Below are positions 33,001 to 41,224 of a stretch of DNA of 64,000 bases, piece after piece. The notes beneath the pieces are model-generated. The model ran no database searches and was not told the DNA's origin. It saw only the letters and a list, made by a program, of their open reading frames with translations. Source of the stretch: Nitrosopumilus sp. (GTDB taxonomy: Archaea > Thermoproteota > Nitrososphaeria > Nitrososphaerales > Nitrosopumilaceae); NCBI GenBank assembly GCA_965219345.1, contig OZ244732.1, positions 1,280,001-1,344,000 of the forward strand. Direction: 5' to 3'. Both the position numbers and the translations under genes were made by a program. The stretch's first letter is position 1; the number at the start of each line of letters is the position of its first letter.

Positions 33001-33265
33001 AGAACCTGAAAGAAAACCAAACATATCTGATCTTCTATATGGACGAAAGATTGATTTCATCATAAACATTCCAAGTACTTCTACATTGGAAAAATATGTT
33101 GGAATGTTAGATGATGAATATCAAATTAGGCGAAAATCATTGGAATTAGGAATCCCTGTTTTGACAACTATTGAATTAGCAGATTCCTTTGTAAAGACTT
33201 TGGAGTGGCTCAAAGACAATGAAACTACAAAGGAACCAATTGAACCCTATGATGAATTTGATTGA
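30023..33265 (+). CDS. carB: Carbamoyl-phosphate synthase large subunit
   Basis: Two ATP-grasp domains, EFDYSG, EINPRLSRSS. Confidence 0.97.
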   Translation: MPKNESLKKILVLGSGAIKIGEAGEFDYSGSQCLKAIHEDGLNSVLINPNIATIQTDTRFADQVYLLPVNQEYVESIIEKERPDGIMLAYGGQTALNCGVKLEESGILQKYGVNVLGTQISGIQKTEDRQLFKNSMKESGVPVLKSETVTNFEDAKKVAIDLCYPVIIRVAYTLGGRGGGVAHNEIELYEIVERGLKASIVGQVLIEEYIGHWKQIEYEVMQDYDGNNVIVCNMENVLSMKAHTGDNIVVAPSQTIDNHEYHTLRSTALRATKHVGIVGECNIQYALEPNSDRYVAIEINPRLSRSSALASKATGYPLAYMSAKIGLGYNLSELANRITKSTTACFEPSLDYIVCKHPRWDFEKFELVNRKLGPAMKSVGEVMAVGRTFEESLQKSIRMLDIGNDGLVLNRVNGKTYTEEEIESKLTHHDDHILYNVAIALKMGISVEKIYKLSTIDPWFIEKIKNIINIESKLKDSELGESLLWEAKKMGFSDKQIARAKDKTPDEVRDLRKKLGVLPSVKQIDTLAAEWPAVTNYLYLTYGGHSHDIEIPSDEKGIVVLGAGPYRIGSSVEFDWGTVNMVWGLQENGEKNISVVNCNPETVSTDYDICTRLYFEELTQERILDISEFENPKGIVTCVGGQTANNLTPGLAKHGVNILGTSAFDVDRAENRSKFSAELDKLHIQQPRWQAFSNLNEAKNFAQEVEFPVLVRPSYVLSGAAMKVVWSPTELKTYVKAAADVSPDHPVVISKFMLNSLEVDVDGICNGKQVVIGAIVEHIDSAGVHSGDAMMCIPPWRLSNKIIETIIESTKKIALTFNVKGPFNLQYLVHDDHVYVIELNIRASRSMPFVSKLVKMNLISLASKAILDKPLPKISENKWQKIHNYGIKVPQFSFMQLQGADIALGVEMQSTGEAACFGNSFHDALSKGLISVGYNLPVKGTALVTVGGEINKQKLVSSIAKLKHLGFKILATEHTAEFFEEKIGQVETVHKISEPERKPNISDLLYGRKIDFIINIPSTSTLEKYVGMLDDEYQIRRKSLELGIPVLTTIELADSFVKTLEWLKDNETTKEPIEPYDEFD

Positions 33266-34018
33266 TTAAATTACCTGTTCAATTATTGACTCATTTCCAA
33301 TAATTGCTCCATCCAACGTGACTATTCTTGCCGTAGATACTGTTTTAATTTTATCAATAATGGGTGAAATTGATTTTTTGTATTTTTTTTTGTGTGTTGC
33401 ATACAAGTATTTGTTAAATGAAGGAATTATAGTTATTTCCAACTCTCCTGATTTGTTTGGGAAAATTTTTTCTTTTTCTGTCTTGATTGATACCCAAACC
33501 CTTTGCCCATTTATCACAGAGTCTTCTTGAAAAAATACTGGATGTACGTGCCCCATGATAATTTTATCAACATGAGAAAAATTTTCTGATGGCATTGTAT
33601 GACCATGTGTCAACAAAATATTTTCTTCAACCATGCCTGTTGAGCTGATCATCGAAATATTGTCTGGAACCAATTTCTGAATATTTGCATCATGATTTCC
33701 AGGAACTAGAATTACATCACATTTCTCTCTGATTTTCTCAAAAAACATTGGAACATCGTTCCACTCATTTCTTGAAATACTTTTAATGCTAGATTTGATA
33801 TCTCCTAACAAAATCACTGCATCAGGACTTTCTGTATCTATAATTTCTGATAGTTCTTGAATTGTTTCATTTATAGTAGAATTTTTACCTATGAAGATTT
33901 CATTAAACGCCAGACTATTTTCAAATCCTATGTGAATATCGGTTAGTATCAGATACTTTTTTTTACCTTCTAGAATTAATGCAGGTTTTGATGGGATTAT
34001 TCTAGTTTGTAACATCAA
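33266..34018 (-). CDS. Calcineurin-like metallophosphoesterase
   Basis: DIHIG, LGD, GNHD, HGH, GHVHP. Confidence 0.9.
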   Translation of the reverse strand: MMLQTRIIPSKPALILEGKKKYLILTDIHIGFENSLAFNEIFIGKNSTINETIQELSEIIDTESPDAVILLGDIKSSIKSISRNEWNDVPMFFEKIREKCDVILVPGNHDANIQKLVPDNISMISSTGMVEENILLTHGHTMPSENFSHVDKIIMGHVHPVFFQEDSVINGQRVWVSIKTEKEKIFPNKSGELEITIIPSFNKYLYATHKKKYKKSISPIIDKIKTVSTARIVTLDGAIIGNESIIEQVI

Positions 34019-34049
34019 AGTTATACTACAGATATGTGATTAAATCCTT

Positions 34050-34352
34050 GTGAACAAAGGCTTCGATAGAGTTGAATCAATAGTTTCTGAAAAACGTATT
34101 AAACTACACATTTTTGAGCCTAGTCAAAGAAAGATTTGGACAGTTGTAGGGAAAGGAGAAGAATACTGGATTGATCCTGAAAGTGGTTATTGCTCTTGTC
34201 CTGGATTCTACTTTGGAAAACTAAATGGAAAAACTACTTGCTATCACTTGGAATCTGTAGAGCTTGCTCAAAAAGAAAACAAAATTGAGAAAATTATTTT
34301 TTCCGATGATGAATTTTCTGATTTTCTTTCTGGACTACTTTCTGATTTGTGA
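34050..34352 (+). CDS. SWIM zinc-finger protein
   Basis: CSCPG...CYH motif. Confidence 0.75.
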   Translation: MNKGFDRVESIVSEKRIKLHIFEPSQRKIWTVVGKGEEYWIDPESGYCSCPGFYFGKLNGKTTCYHLESVELAQKENKIEKIIFSDDEFSDFLSGLLSDL

Positions 34353-34391
34353 TTATCTTTTATTCGAACGTGTTAATAACTAGAAATTCTA

Positions 34392-34652
34392 TTGAAATTT
34401 ATGGATGACGATCAACAGAATTCTGAAATCGAGAAAATTGCAAACCTAATGATTCATGATGGCATTTCACCAGATGAACAAGATGTTACTAAATTAGAAA
34501 AATACAAAAATCAAATCAAAGAAGATTGCAATCTCGATGATGAAAAATCAATGAAGCTTGTTTATGAGACACTTCTTTACAGAAAATTAAAAAATTCCAA
34601 TTCTGGTGATATACTAGACAAAGGTAATGAGTTTGGTGCTGGTTTCAGCTAA
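34392..34652 (+). CDS. Hypothetical protein
   Basis: 86-aa ORF. Confidence 0.6.
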   Translation: MKFMDDDQQNSEIEKIANLMIHDGISPDEQDVTKLEKYKNQIKEDCNLDDEKSMKLVYETLLYRKLKNSNSGDILDKGNEFGAGFS

Positions 34653-34653
34653 A

Positions 34654-34950
34654 CTATAATGGTATGGTGTCTATATCGTCTTTTGAAACCCCTTTCCAAA
34701 GACCAATCATACCCTCAGGTTCTACTTTTTCAACTTTTGTAATTTGTTGAATTTTAATGTGGTCTGGATTTGGTGGCATCCATAACATTGCCATATAATC
34801 TCCGACGCTTCCAACTTCATTTGGTAAAGCCATGGTTACTTTGTCGTCTGCAAATCCTTTCGCAGTAAGTGCATTCATTGCTTTTTCTCTCAGATCCATT
34901 TTTCCATGAAGGAACAAATAGATATTTTTTTGAGTATCAATTTCTGCCAT
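34654..34950 (-). CDS. Hypothetical protein
   Basis: 98-aa ORF. Confidence 0.65.
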   Translation of the reverse strand: MAEIDTQKNIYLFLHGKMDLREKAMNALTAKGFADDKVTMALPNEVGSVGDYMAMLWMPPNPDHIKIQQITKVEKVEPEGMIGLWKGVSKDDIDTIPL

Positions 34951-35039
34951 GAATTCACTGATTTTTTAAACTAAATCAATCTTTCTTGATCTAATGTCTG
35001 CCAAAAAGGGTTAAATTAGAATGGACAAAATTTTTAACC

Positions 35040-35333
35040 ATGAAAATCTTCACTGTCGGCGATAAATCATTTGTAACTAGTTTTCAATTAGCTGGAGTTC
35101 CAGGCATCATTTCTGAAACACCTCAAAATGCTTTGGAGGAAATTAAGAAATTAACCGATGATTCTGATGTTGGACTGATCTTAGTCAGTGATGATATCAC
35201 AAAATCTATCGATGATGAACTAACTACACTTCGAGCTGAAAAATCCACTCTTGTTTTTGCATTACCTTCGATTGGAAGTGAAAAAACTGAAGCCGATTAC
35301 AGAGTAATGCTAAAAAAGATTCTTGGTGTATAA
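35040..35333 (+). CDS. atpF: A/V-type ATP synthase subunit F
   Basis: KIFTVGDKSFVTSFQLAGV, DVGLILV, KKILGV. Confidence 0.85.
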   Translation: MKIFTVGDKSFVTSFQLAGVPGIISETPQNALEEIKKLTDDSDVGLILVSDDITKSIDDELTTLRAEKSTLVFALPSIGSEKTEADYRVMLKKILGV

Positions 35334-35374
35334 TTCCTTTAATCTACTTATAATCAATATTCCAATATTTTACC

Positions 35375-36403
35375 ATGAAAGCAGCATCTGTTAAAGAGTC
35401 ATCCGTAATTTCTGTTGATGAAATTGAAAAACCAACGTTAGAGTCTGGCGATATTTTAGTACAGATGCATGCTTGTGGAATTTGTGGCTCTGACTTGGAA
35501 AAAGTTTATGGTCAATATGGGCAACCATCTATGCGTTTAGGTCATGAGCCAGCAGGTATAGTTTTAGATATTGGTTCTGATGTAATGGACTTCAAAAAAG
35601 GTGATAGAGTATTCACTCACCATCATGTTCCTTGTTATAATTGTCATTTGTGTAATCACGGCAATGAAACAATGTGTAAAAAATACTATGAAACTAATCT
35701 TTTACCTTGTGGTTTATCTGAGGAATATGTTGTACCTTCGTGGAATGTTTCTCACGGCGGTGTTCTGAAAATTTCTGATTCTATAAGTTTTGAAGAAGCT
35801 GCAATGATTGAACCACTAGCATGTTGTGTGAGGGCATGGACAAAATATCTCTATCAGGAAGGTGATTCTGCTGCAATTTTTGGTGTTGGCCCTACTGGAA
35901 TAATGCATGTGATGTTAGCTCAGACAAAGAAATTCTCAAAAATTTTCTGTTTTGATATTAATGACTTTAGATTAGATTTTGCAAAAAAATTCAATATAAC
36001 TAAATCAATTAATTCTATGGATGAAGGTAGAAAACAAAAGATTTTGGAACATACTGACGGAAGAGGAGTAGATGTAGCAATTGTTGCAACTAGTAGTATG
36101 AAAGCGCTTGAGGATGCCATTGATATGGTGAGAAAAGGTGGCACTGTTATGATGTTTGGCGTTCCTTCAAAAGATGCACGATTGGATTTGGATATGAGTA
36201 AAATCTATTCCAAAGAGATTACTACTATTACTAGTTATGCTGCCTCTGACAAAGACACCAAAGATGCACTTAATCTCATTGAATCTTCTCAAATCGATGT
36301 TAAACAACTAATCACGCATACATATCCAATCATTGATTCCCAAAAAGCATTTGATCATGCACGCAGTGGTGACAATGCTATGAAAATAATCATTACAAAA
36401 TAA
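35375..36403 (+). CDS. Zinc-dependent alcohol dehydrogenase
   Basis: CGICGSD, GHE, CxxCxxC, GVGPTG. Confidence 0.92.
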   Translation: MKAASVKESSVISVDEIEKPTLESGDILVQMHACGICGSDLEKVYGQYGQPSMRLGHEPAGIVLDIGSDVMDFKKGDRVFTHHHVPCYNCHLCNHGNETMCKKYYETNLLPCGLSEEYVVPSWNVSHGGVLKISDSISFEEAAMIEPLACCVRAWTKYLYQEGDSAAIFGVGPTGIMHVMLAQTKKFSKIFCFDINDFRLDFAKKFNITKSINSMDEGRKQKILEHTDGRGVDVAIVATSSMKALEDAIDMVRKGGTVMMFGVPSKDARLDLDMSKIYSKEITTITSYAASDKDTKDALNLIESSQIDVKQLITHTYPIIDSQKAFDHARSGDNAMKIIITK

Positions 36404-36448
36404 GAAAGGCTTAAGAAGGTATTTTCATTCTTTCAAAATCGAAGAGAA

Positions 36449-37306
36449 ATGGATTGGGGATTAAAAAATAGAATATCACAAATCATTAAACCACATGATA
36501 ATCGTGCATTAATGTTAGCAGTTGATCATGGATACTTTCTTGGCCCAACTGAAAAATTAGAGAACCCAAAAAAGGTGATTGCGCCTCTTTTAAAATATTG
36601 TGACTCTTTGATGCTTACAAGGGGTGTTCAGAGAACATCCGTTCCTGCAACCACTGACACTCCAATGGTTTTGAGAGTTTCTGGCGGTTCAAGTATTATT
36701 GGTGAGGACTTATCTAAAGAAGAAATTACGGTTTCTATTCAAGATGCAATTAGACTTAATGCTAGCGCACTTGCAATGTCTATTTTTGTTGGCTCAAAAT
36801 ATGAACACCAAACCATTGTAAATCTAGGAAAATTAGTAAGTAAAACAGAGCAATATGGAATTCCTGTTTTGGCTGTTACTGCGGTTGGAAAAGAATTAGG
36901 TAAAGATGAAAGATATCTCTCATTGGCATGCAGAATTGCAGCAGAACAAGGAGCACATATTGTCAAAACATACTATTGTGAAAATTTTGAAAAAGTCGTC
37001 CAATCATGCCCTGTTCCAATTATTGTTGCAGGAGGAAAAAAAATTTCAGAACGCGATGCATTACAATTAACATATGATTCAATCAAAGGTGGTGCAGTTG
37101 GTGTTGACATGGGTAGAAATATCTGGCAATCAGAATGCCCTGTTGCTATGATTAGAGCAGTCAGATCAATAGTTCATGGAAATTCAACTGTTGATCAAGC
37201 ATATACACTCTACAAAAAACTAGTCAGCGACGACCCAAAAACGAAACAAAAATCAAAGAAACCTACTCAAAGCAAATCAAAGAAACCTACTCAAACTAAG
37301 AAATAG
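36449..37306 (+). CDS. lsrF: LsrF/DhnA-type class I aldolase/thiolase
   Basis: MDWGLKNR, AVDHG, IVKTYY, GVDMGRNIWQ. Confidence 0.85.
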   Translation: MDWGLKNRISQIIKPHDNRALMLAVDHGYFLGPTEKLENPKKVIAPLLKYCDSLMLTRGVQRTSVPATTDTPMVLRVSGGSSIIGEDLSKEEITVSIQDAIRLNASALAMSIFVGSKYEHQTIVNLGKLVSKTEQYGIPVLAVTAVGKELGKDERYLSLACRIAAEQGAHIVKTYYCENFEKVVQSCPVPIIVAGGKKISERDALQLTYDSIKGGAVGVDMGRNIWQSECPVAMIRAVRSIVHGNSTVDQAYTLYKKLVSDDPKTKQKSKKPTQSKSKKPTQTKK

Positions 37307-37310
37307 ACAA

Positions 37311-37721
37311 TTACTCTATCTTTGAGAGATGAATATGTGCAATTTTCCATGTTGGTTGTTTTACCAAAACAAATGTTGCCCTTCCGTTAATTTTCATGTG
37401 TTCACCAGTGAATGCTTTGTTATCTACTAGCATTCCTTTTTGAATTAACTCCATTGCTACAATTGCAGTATTCTCAAAAATACTAATTTTTGGATTTTTA
37501 ATTTCATAACTATAGTCTGAAATACTGATGAATCTTAATTCTTCTAATTCTATTGTAGTTTGATAATCTTTAAGATCATATGGTGGCAAATCACTAAAGC
37601 TTGAAAATTTAGGATCATTAAGATGAATGTCTTTCAGTTGTGTTAGATCTTTTGTTATCCCTGCTTGAAATAATGTTTCAATTACTTTGATGATTTCTTT
37701 ACTGTCTGGCAAAACAATCAT
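37311..37721 (-). CDS. NTF2/SnoaL-like protein
   Basis: RATFVLVK..WKIAHIHLS C-terminus. Confidence 0.75.
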   Translation of the reverse strand: MIVLPDSKEIIKVIETLFQAGITKDLTQLKDIHLNDPKFSSFSDLPPYDLKDYQTTIELEELRFISISDYSYEIKNPKISIFENTAIVAMELIQKGMLVDNKAFTGEHMKINGRATFVLVKQPTWKIAHIHLSKIE

Positions 37722-37794
37722 TTCGAATATGAAAATAATCAGTTTAAGTCTTCTGGCACGAAAATGATTAAATCACGATTATTCTTCTGGGGTC

Positions 37795-37876
37795 TGTTAA
37801 ATCCTGGTGACCTGCCACGGGGTGTTAAATTGGTGACCTGCCGACGGGGATCAGTGTTAAGAGTCGGTGACCTGAC
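37795..37876 (+). repeat. Three subterminal direct repeats TGTTAA-N3-5-GGTGACCTG
   Basis: Units begin at 37795, 37823 and 37855. Confidence 0.85.
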
Positions 37877-38120
37877 AGAATCGGCGGGCAATCACGGCTC
37901 CCGTGTAGGGGGCAGCCAGTATGGGCTGCGCGCCATCCGGCGATCCCGTCCAGAACAGGCCCGAATATTTAAAAAACCGGCCGGCTAACCTGCAACCGGA
38001 CTGAACCAGACGCATTGCCAACACACGACATCTGCGGGCGCAGACGCCCGTAACACATGGGAGTTACCTAATTCTTACTACGCCATACCCAGATATAGCT
38101 CTGTTTCAATTGATCTGATC

Positions 38121-38663
38121 ATGGTTAAGGAGGATAATAAAATCAAAGTATTTGCATCTGATGATAACCTAAAAAATTTAGGCGAATTGCTCAGTAATGA
38201 GACTAGCAGAAAAATTATCAAACATCTGATGGAAAATCAAATGTACACAAATGAGATTGCAACAAAACTAGACATTAAAGTTAGTAATGTAATTCATCAT
38301 CTCAAGAAGTTAGAAGATCTTGGATTACTAGAAATTGAAAACAAGAAAATCAAAAGAAAAGGAGAAAATCATAGATTTTTCAAAATGAGTTCTGATATTT
38401 TTATTACAATTAATAAAACAAAAGAAGAGGTTGACAAGAAAGGTATTCTCAAAAAAATTTTTAAAGAAGGAATAAAATTTACAGTGATTGGATTTAGTGC
38501 AATTACTTCTTGGCTAAGTGCGATTCCAAATAATGTTGAAGAAATTGAGCCATTCGGAGAGTGGGGTAATGCTACTGAAACTAGTGATAACTTGTTCTTA
38601 ATTCCAATAATAATTATTGGGTGCAGTTTGTTTTTGATTTGGTTTTCTAAAAAATATAAATAA
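38121..38663 (+). CDS. ArsR-like wHTH regulator with two C-terminal TM helices
   Basis: LSNETSRKII...EIATKLDIKVSNVIHHLKKLEDLGL; hydrophobic C-terminus. Confidence 0.8.
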   Translation: MVKEDNKIKVFASDDNLKNLGELLSNETSRKIIKHLMENQMYTNEIATKLDIKVSNVIHHLKKLEDLGLLEIENKKIKRKGENHRFFKMSSDIFITINKTKEEVDKKGILKKIFKEGIKFTVIGFSAITSWLSAIPNNVEEIEPFGEWGNATETSDNLFLIPIIIIGCSLFLIWFSKKYK

Positions 38664-38676
38664 AAAAAGAAAGGGG

Positions 38677-39849
38677 CTAGTATAAGGTTACCCCAACACC
38701 ATTTGTTGAATCAGCTATTAGTGACCAAGGAATTACTTTGATGTAATCAGTACTACCGATAGTATATGATCCTTCGATAATACCTACAATTTCACCATCA
38801 CTCAAGTCTATGACTGGTGCTCCACTATCACCTGGACCGCCACTACTAGTATCTTCTATCAGTATTCTGGTACCAATGCTGGAATGATAATAATCATTAT
38901 CATAAACATCTTCCCAGTACCAACCGCCGGTATTACCCGATATGTCTAGTTCTTCATTATCAGATGGTACTTGTGTATCATCTATAGTTCTAGAATAGCC
39001 GGATGTAAACCATACCTTTGATTCATTTGTTCTAGAATTGGAATCTTCGATAAATGCACAATCACAGTCATTATCATTGTGACTGTCACCTGATTCTACT
39101 GTTCCGATTTGCCAATTCCATAACCAGTGATCATAAGGTTGGTGTACATCATCATTGACACTATAGCAGTGGCCTGCTGTTAGATAGCCTGATGTACTTC
39201 CTTGTTCAACTGGAAGACCTAAAGTACAGTAATTAGTACCACTTCCACCTTCTCTAATGGCAAGTCCACCATGTAATGGATCACATTTACTTTCTTGTGA
39301 ATTACAACTCCATTCTTCTGAGCTAACTTCACCATATTCAATTACCACATTTAGATTCCCGTTAGGAATATACTGGTTAATGATCTCTTCATATCCTTTA
39401 TTCTCATTACCTGGTGCTAATAGAACGGTGAGTTTGTTCTTACCAACTACTGTAGTGACTAAAGGTATATCTTCAAGATTTCTAATATCTTGTTGAATTG
39501 ATCTGAGTTGCGGGTGATCGTCGTATTGATTTCTGTTCTCATCTTCGGTTTCACCTAGTTTGACATGTTCTTCCTCAATTAATTCATCTAAATCTCGTTT
39601 TTCAGATTCACTTTCTGTTAGTTTTTTCTGTTTTTCAAGTTTTAAGATTTTTTCCATATGAGGTTGTCGTTCTGGTGACATTTTGCTGATCTTCTGTTTC
39701 AATTCATCGGATAGCTCTATTGGCTCTACGGCATTTACCATACTATATGCTGGAATTAGTAACATTCCTGCAACAGCCATTACAGCTATCAATGAAATTT
39801 TCGTTTTTCTAATCATTGAAACTACATAAATCGTGGATATAATAAACAA
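38677..39849 (-). CDS. Secreted S1 (alpha-lytic/streptogrisin-like) serine protease with pro-region
   Basis: Signal peptide; CTLG, LTAGHC, DCAFI, GDSGAP catalytic triad motifs. Confidence 0.85.
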   Translation of the reverse strand: MFIISTIYVVSMIRKTKISLIAVMAVAGMLLIPAYSMVNAVEPIELSDELKQKISKMSPERQPHMEKILKLEKQKKLTESESEKRDLDELIEEEHVKLGETEDENRNQYDDHPQLRSIQQDIRNLEDIPLVTTVVGKNKLTVLLAPGNENKGYEEIINQYIPNGNLNVVIEYGEVSSEEWSCNSQESKCDPLHGGLAIREGGSGTNYCTLGLPVEQGSTSGYLTAGHCYSVNDDVHQPYDHWLWNWQIGTVESGDSHNDNDCDCAFIEDSNSRTNESKVWFTSGYSRTIDDTQVPSDNEELDISGNTGGWYWEDVYDNDYYHSSIGTRILIEDTSSGGPGDSGAPVIDLSDGEIVGIIEGSYTIGSTDYIKVIPWSLIADSTNGVGVTLY

Positions 39850-39883
39850 ATCTTCAATTCAAATGATGATCAATTCAAATGAT

Positions 39884-41075
39884 TGTGGGATCCTGAAAGT
39901 AGTATACCCCCTATCTGACATCGTATTCCTCTCCCGTTTGTTCGTCAATAACTGTTTGTCCTGGGGATGGCATCTTTCTGGTGAATGCCCGCGCCGGTGT
40001 CTCTAGGTTGTCCAGATCAAGTGACATGTGTGGCCGGTCGTGGTTGAACCATTCCACAAACCGCTCCACGGGATCCGTCTTTGGTTTCGTGTTGAACGGT
40101 CCGCCCACACGGTCCGTCTCGGATCCTGCTGAACGCACCGTTCTGTAGGCCGACTCCTCCTCGAAGAGGTGCAGTTTGCGCTGGAGTTCACCGTGAACCC
40201 TCTCGAGCTTGCCGTTTGTCTGCGGGTGTCTTACACGCGCCAGGATCTGCCTGATGCCCAGCGACACCAGCTCCCGCTCAAATTCGGAGGCGCCTTTCTT
40301 CTTGTACTGCCCCTCGTTGGCGTAGAACTGGCTGCCGCGGTCAGTCAGAATGGACGCGGGTTTGCCGTGCGCCTCCATTGCTGCCCTGAGAACCTCGATT
40401 GCGTGCCTGGAGGTGGCCTGATCAAAGACGCCGTATCCGACAATAAACCTGGAGGCGTCATCCAGATAGGCGATAAACCACCTTCCGTCATCCAGCTGCT
40501 TGTAGTCTGTGTGCCACATCGAGTTGGAGTAGGTGCGCTCAAAGCGGATCCACTTGCGCCTCTTGCTCTTCTTGGGCTGCCTTGCCGACAGGTTGTTGTC
40601 CCTCATTATGCCGTGTATGGCATTGTGAGGGATATGTATTCCCTCTTCCTCCTCGATCAGTCGCTCCGTGCGGACGGCCCCCTGGCGGTGCCTGCAGTGT
40701 GCAGAGAGGACCGCAGAGTGTTCCCTGCGACCCGGAAGACCATTCTCGGGCCTGCCCATGCTAGCCGGGTAGACTATCCTGTCAGGTTCCACACCCTTGT
40801 ACCTGGCCCACAGTTTCTTTACCCAGATCTCGGAGATGCCCATGGTATCTGCAATCTGTCTGTTGGTCGTTTTGCCGGCCTTCTTCTGCAGGATTATCCA
40901 CTTTACCTTTGACTCGTCAAGTTTTCTCATGACCCTGATGCGGCGCCTTCCGATATGTCTCCACCTCTGTGTGCGCTTTAGGAACCCACGCACCATCATC
41001 TCAATTCTGCGTCTTGCTTCAGTCAGTATGCGTCCCTCCTATTTTGAGGGGGTATACTACTTTCTGGACTATACA
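39884..41075 (-). mobile_element. IS481-family insertion sequence
   Basis: TIRs TGTGGGATCCTGAAAGTAGTATACCCC and TGTATAGTCCAGAAAGTAGTATACCCC; no TSD. Confidence 0.88.
39911..40999 (-). CDS. IS481-family transposase (rve DDE core)
   Basis: WHTDYK, LDDASR, LTDRGSQF, PQTNGKLER. Confidence 0.92.
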   Translation of the reverse strand: MMVRGFLKRTQRWRHIGRRRIRVMRKLDESKVKWIILQKKAGKTTNRQIADTMGISEIWVKKLWARYKGVEPDRIVYPASMGRPENGLPGRREHSAVLSAHCRHRQGAVRTERLIEEEEGIHIPHNAIHGIMRDNNLSARQPKKSKRRKWIRFERTYSNSMWHTDYKQLDDGRWFIAYLDDASRFIVGYGVFDQATSRHAIEVLRAAMEAHGKPASILTDRGSQFYANEGQYKKKGASEFERELVSLGIRQILARVRHPQTNGKLERVHGELQRKLHLFEEESAYRTVRSAGSETDRVGGPFNTKPKTDPVERFVEWFNHDRPHMSLDLDNLETPARAFTRKMPSPGQTVIDEQTGEEYDVR

Positions 41076-41224
41076 ACAGAGCCTTCTTCTGGTAATCTTT
41101 ATTAATTATCAATTAGATTTCTTTTTGATTTCAATGAGCAGAAAATTAACTGGATCACTTGGCAAAGATTTGCAAGTTGTTATTCTACTGTAAAGACTGC
41201 TCAAAATTTTAACACATTAAAATT

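Larger units (their letters stand above)
37790..41083. mobile_element. Probable IS6-like cargo element remnant, containing a nested IS481
   Basis: Ends GGGTCTGT (37790) and ACAGAGCC (41076-41083); flanking direct repeat TTCTTCTG at 37782-37789 and 41084-41091. Confidence 0.65.

Noticed and set aside
35040-35333. ATP synthase subunit F outside its operon
   Set aside because: As far as I recall this is the normal arrangement in Nitrosopumilaceae.
37250-37297. 24-bp tandem duplication in the lsrF tail (KSKKPTQ x2)
   Set aside because: In-frame low-complexity tail without an insert; not the 37-bp scar geometry.
37764-37988. 74-aa ORF across the GC-rich repeats
   Set aside because: It crosses the element boundary and has no recognisable protein features; likely spurious.
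37790-41083. Casposon
   Set aside because: No casposase or PolB gene, no long TIRs, and only an 8-bp TSD.
40003-41193. Multiple overlapping ORFs in IS481 (likewise in IS630 and ISH3)
   Set aside because: Shadow ORFs caused by high GC content.
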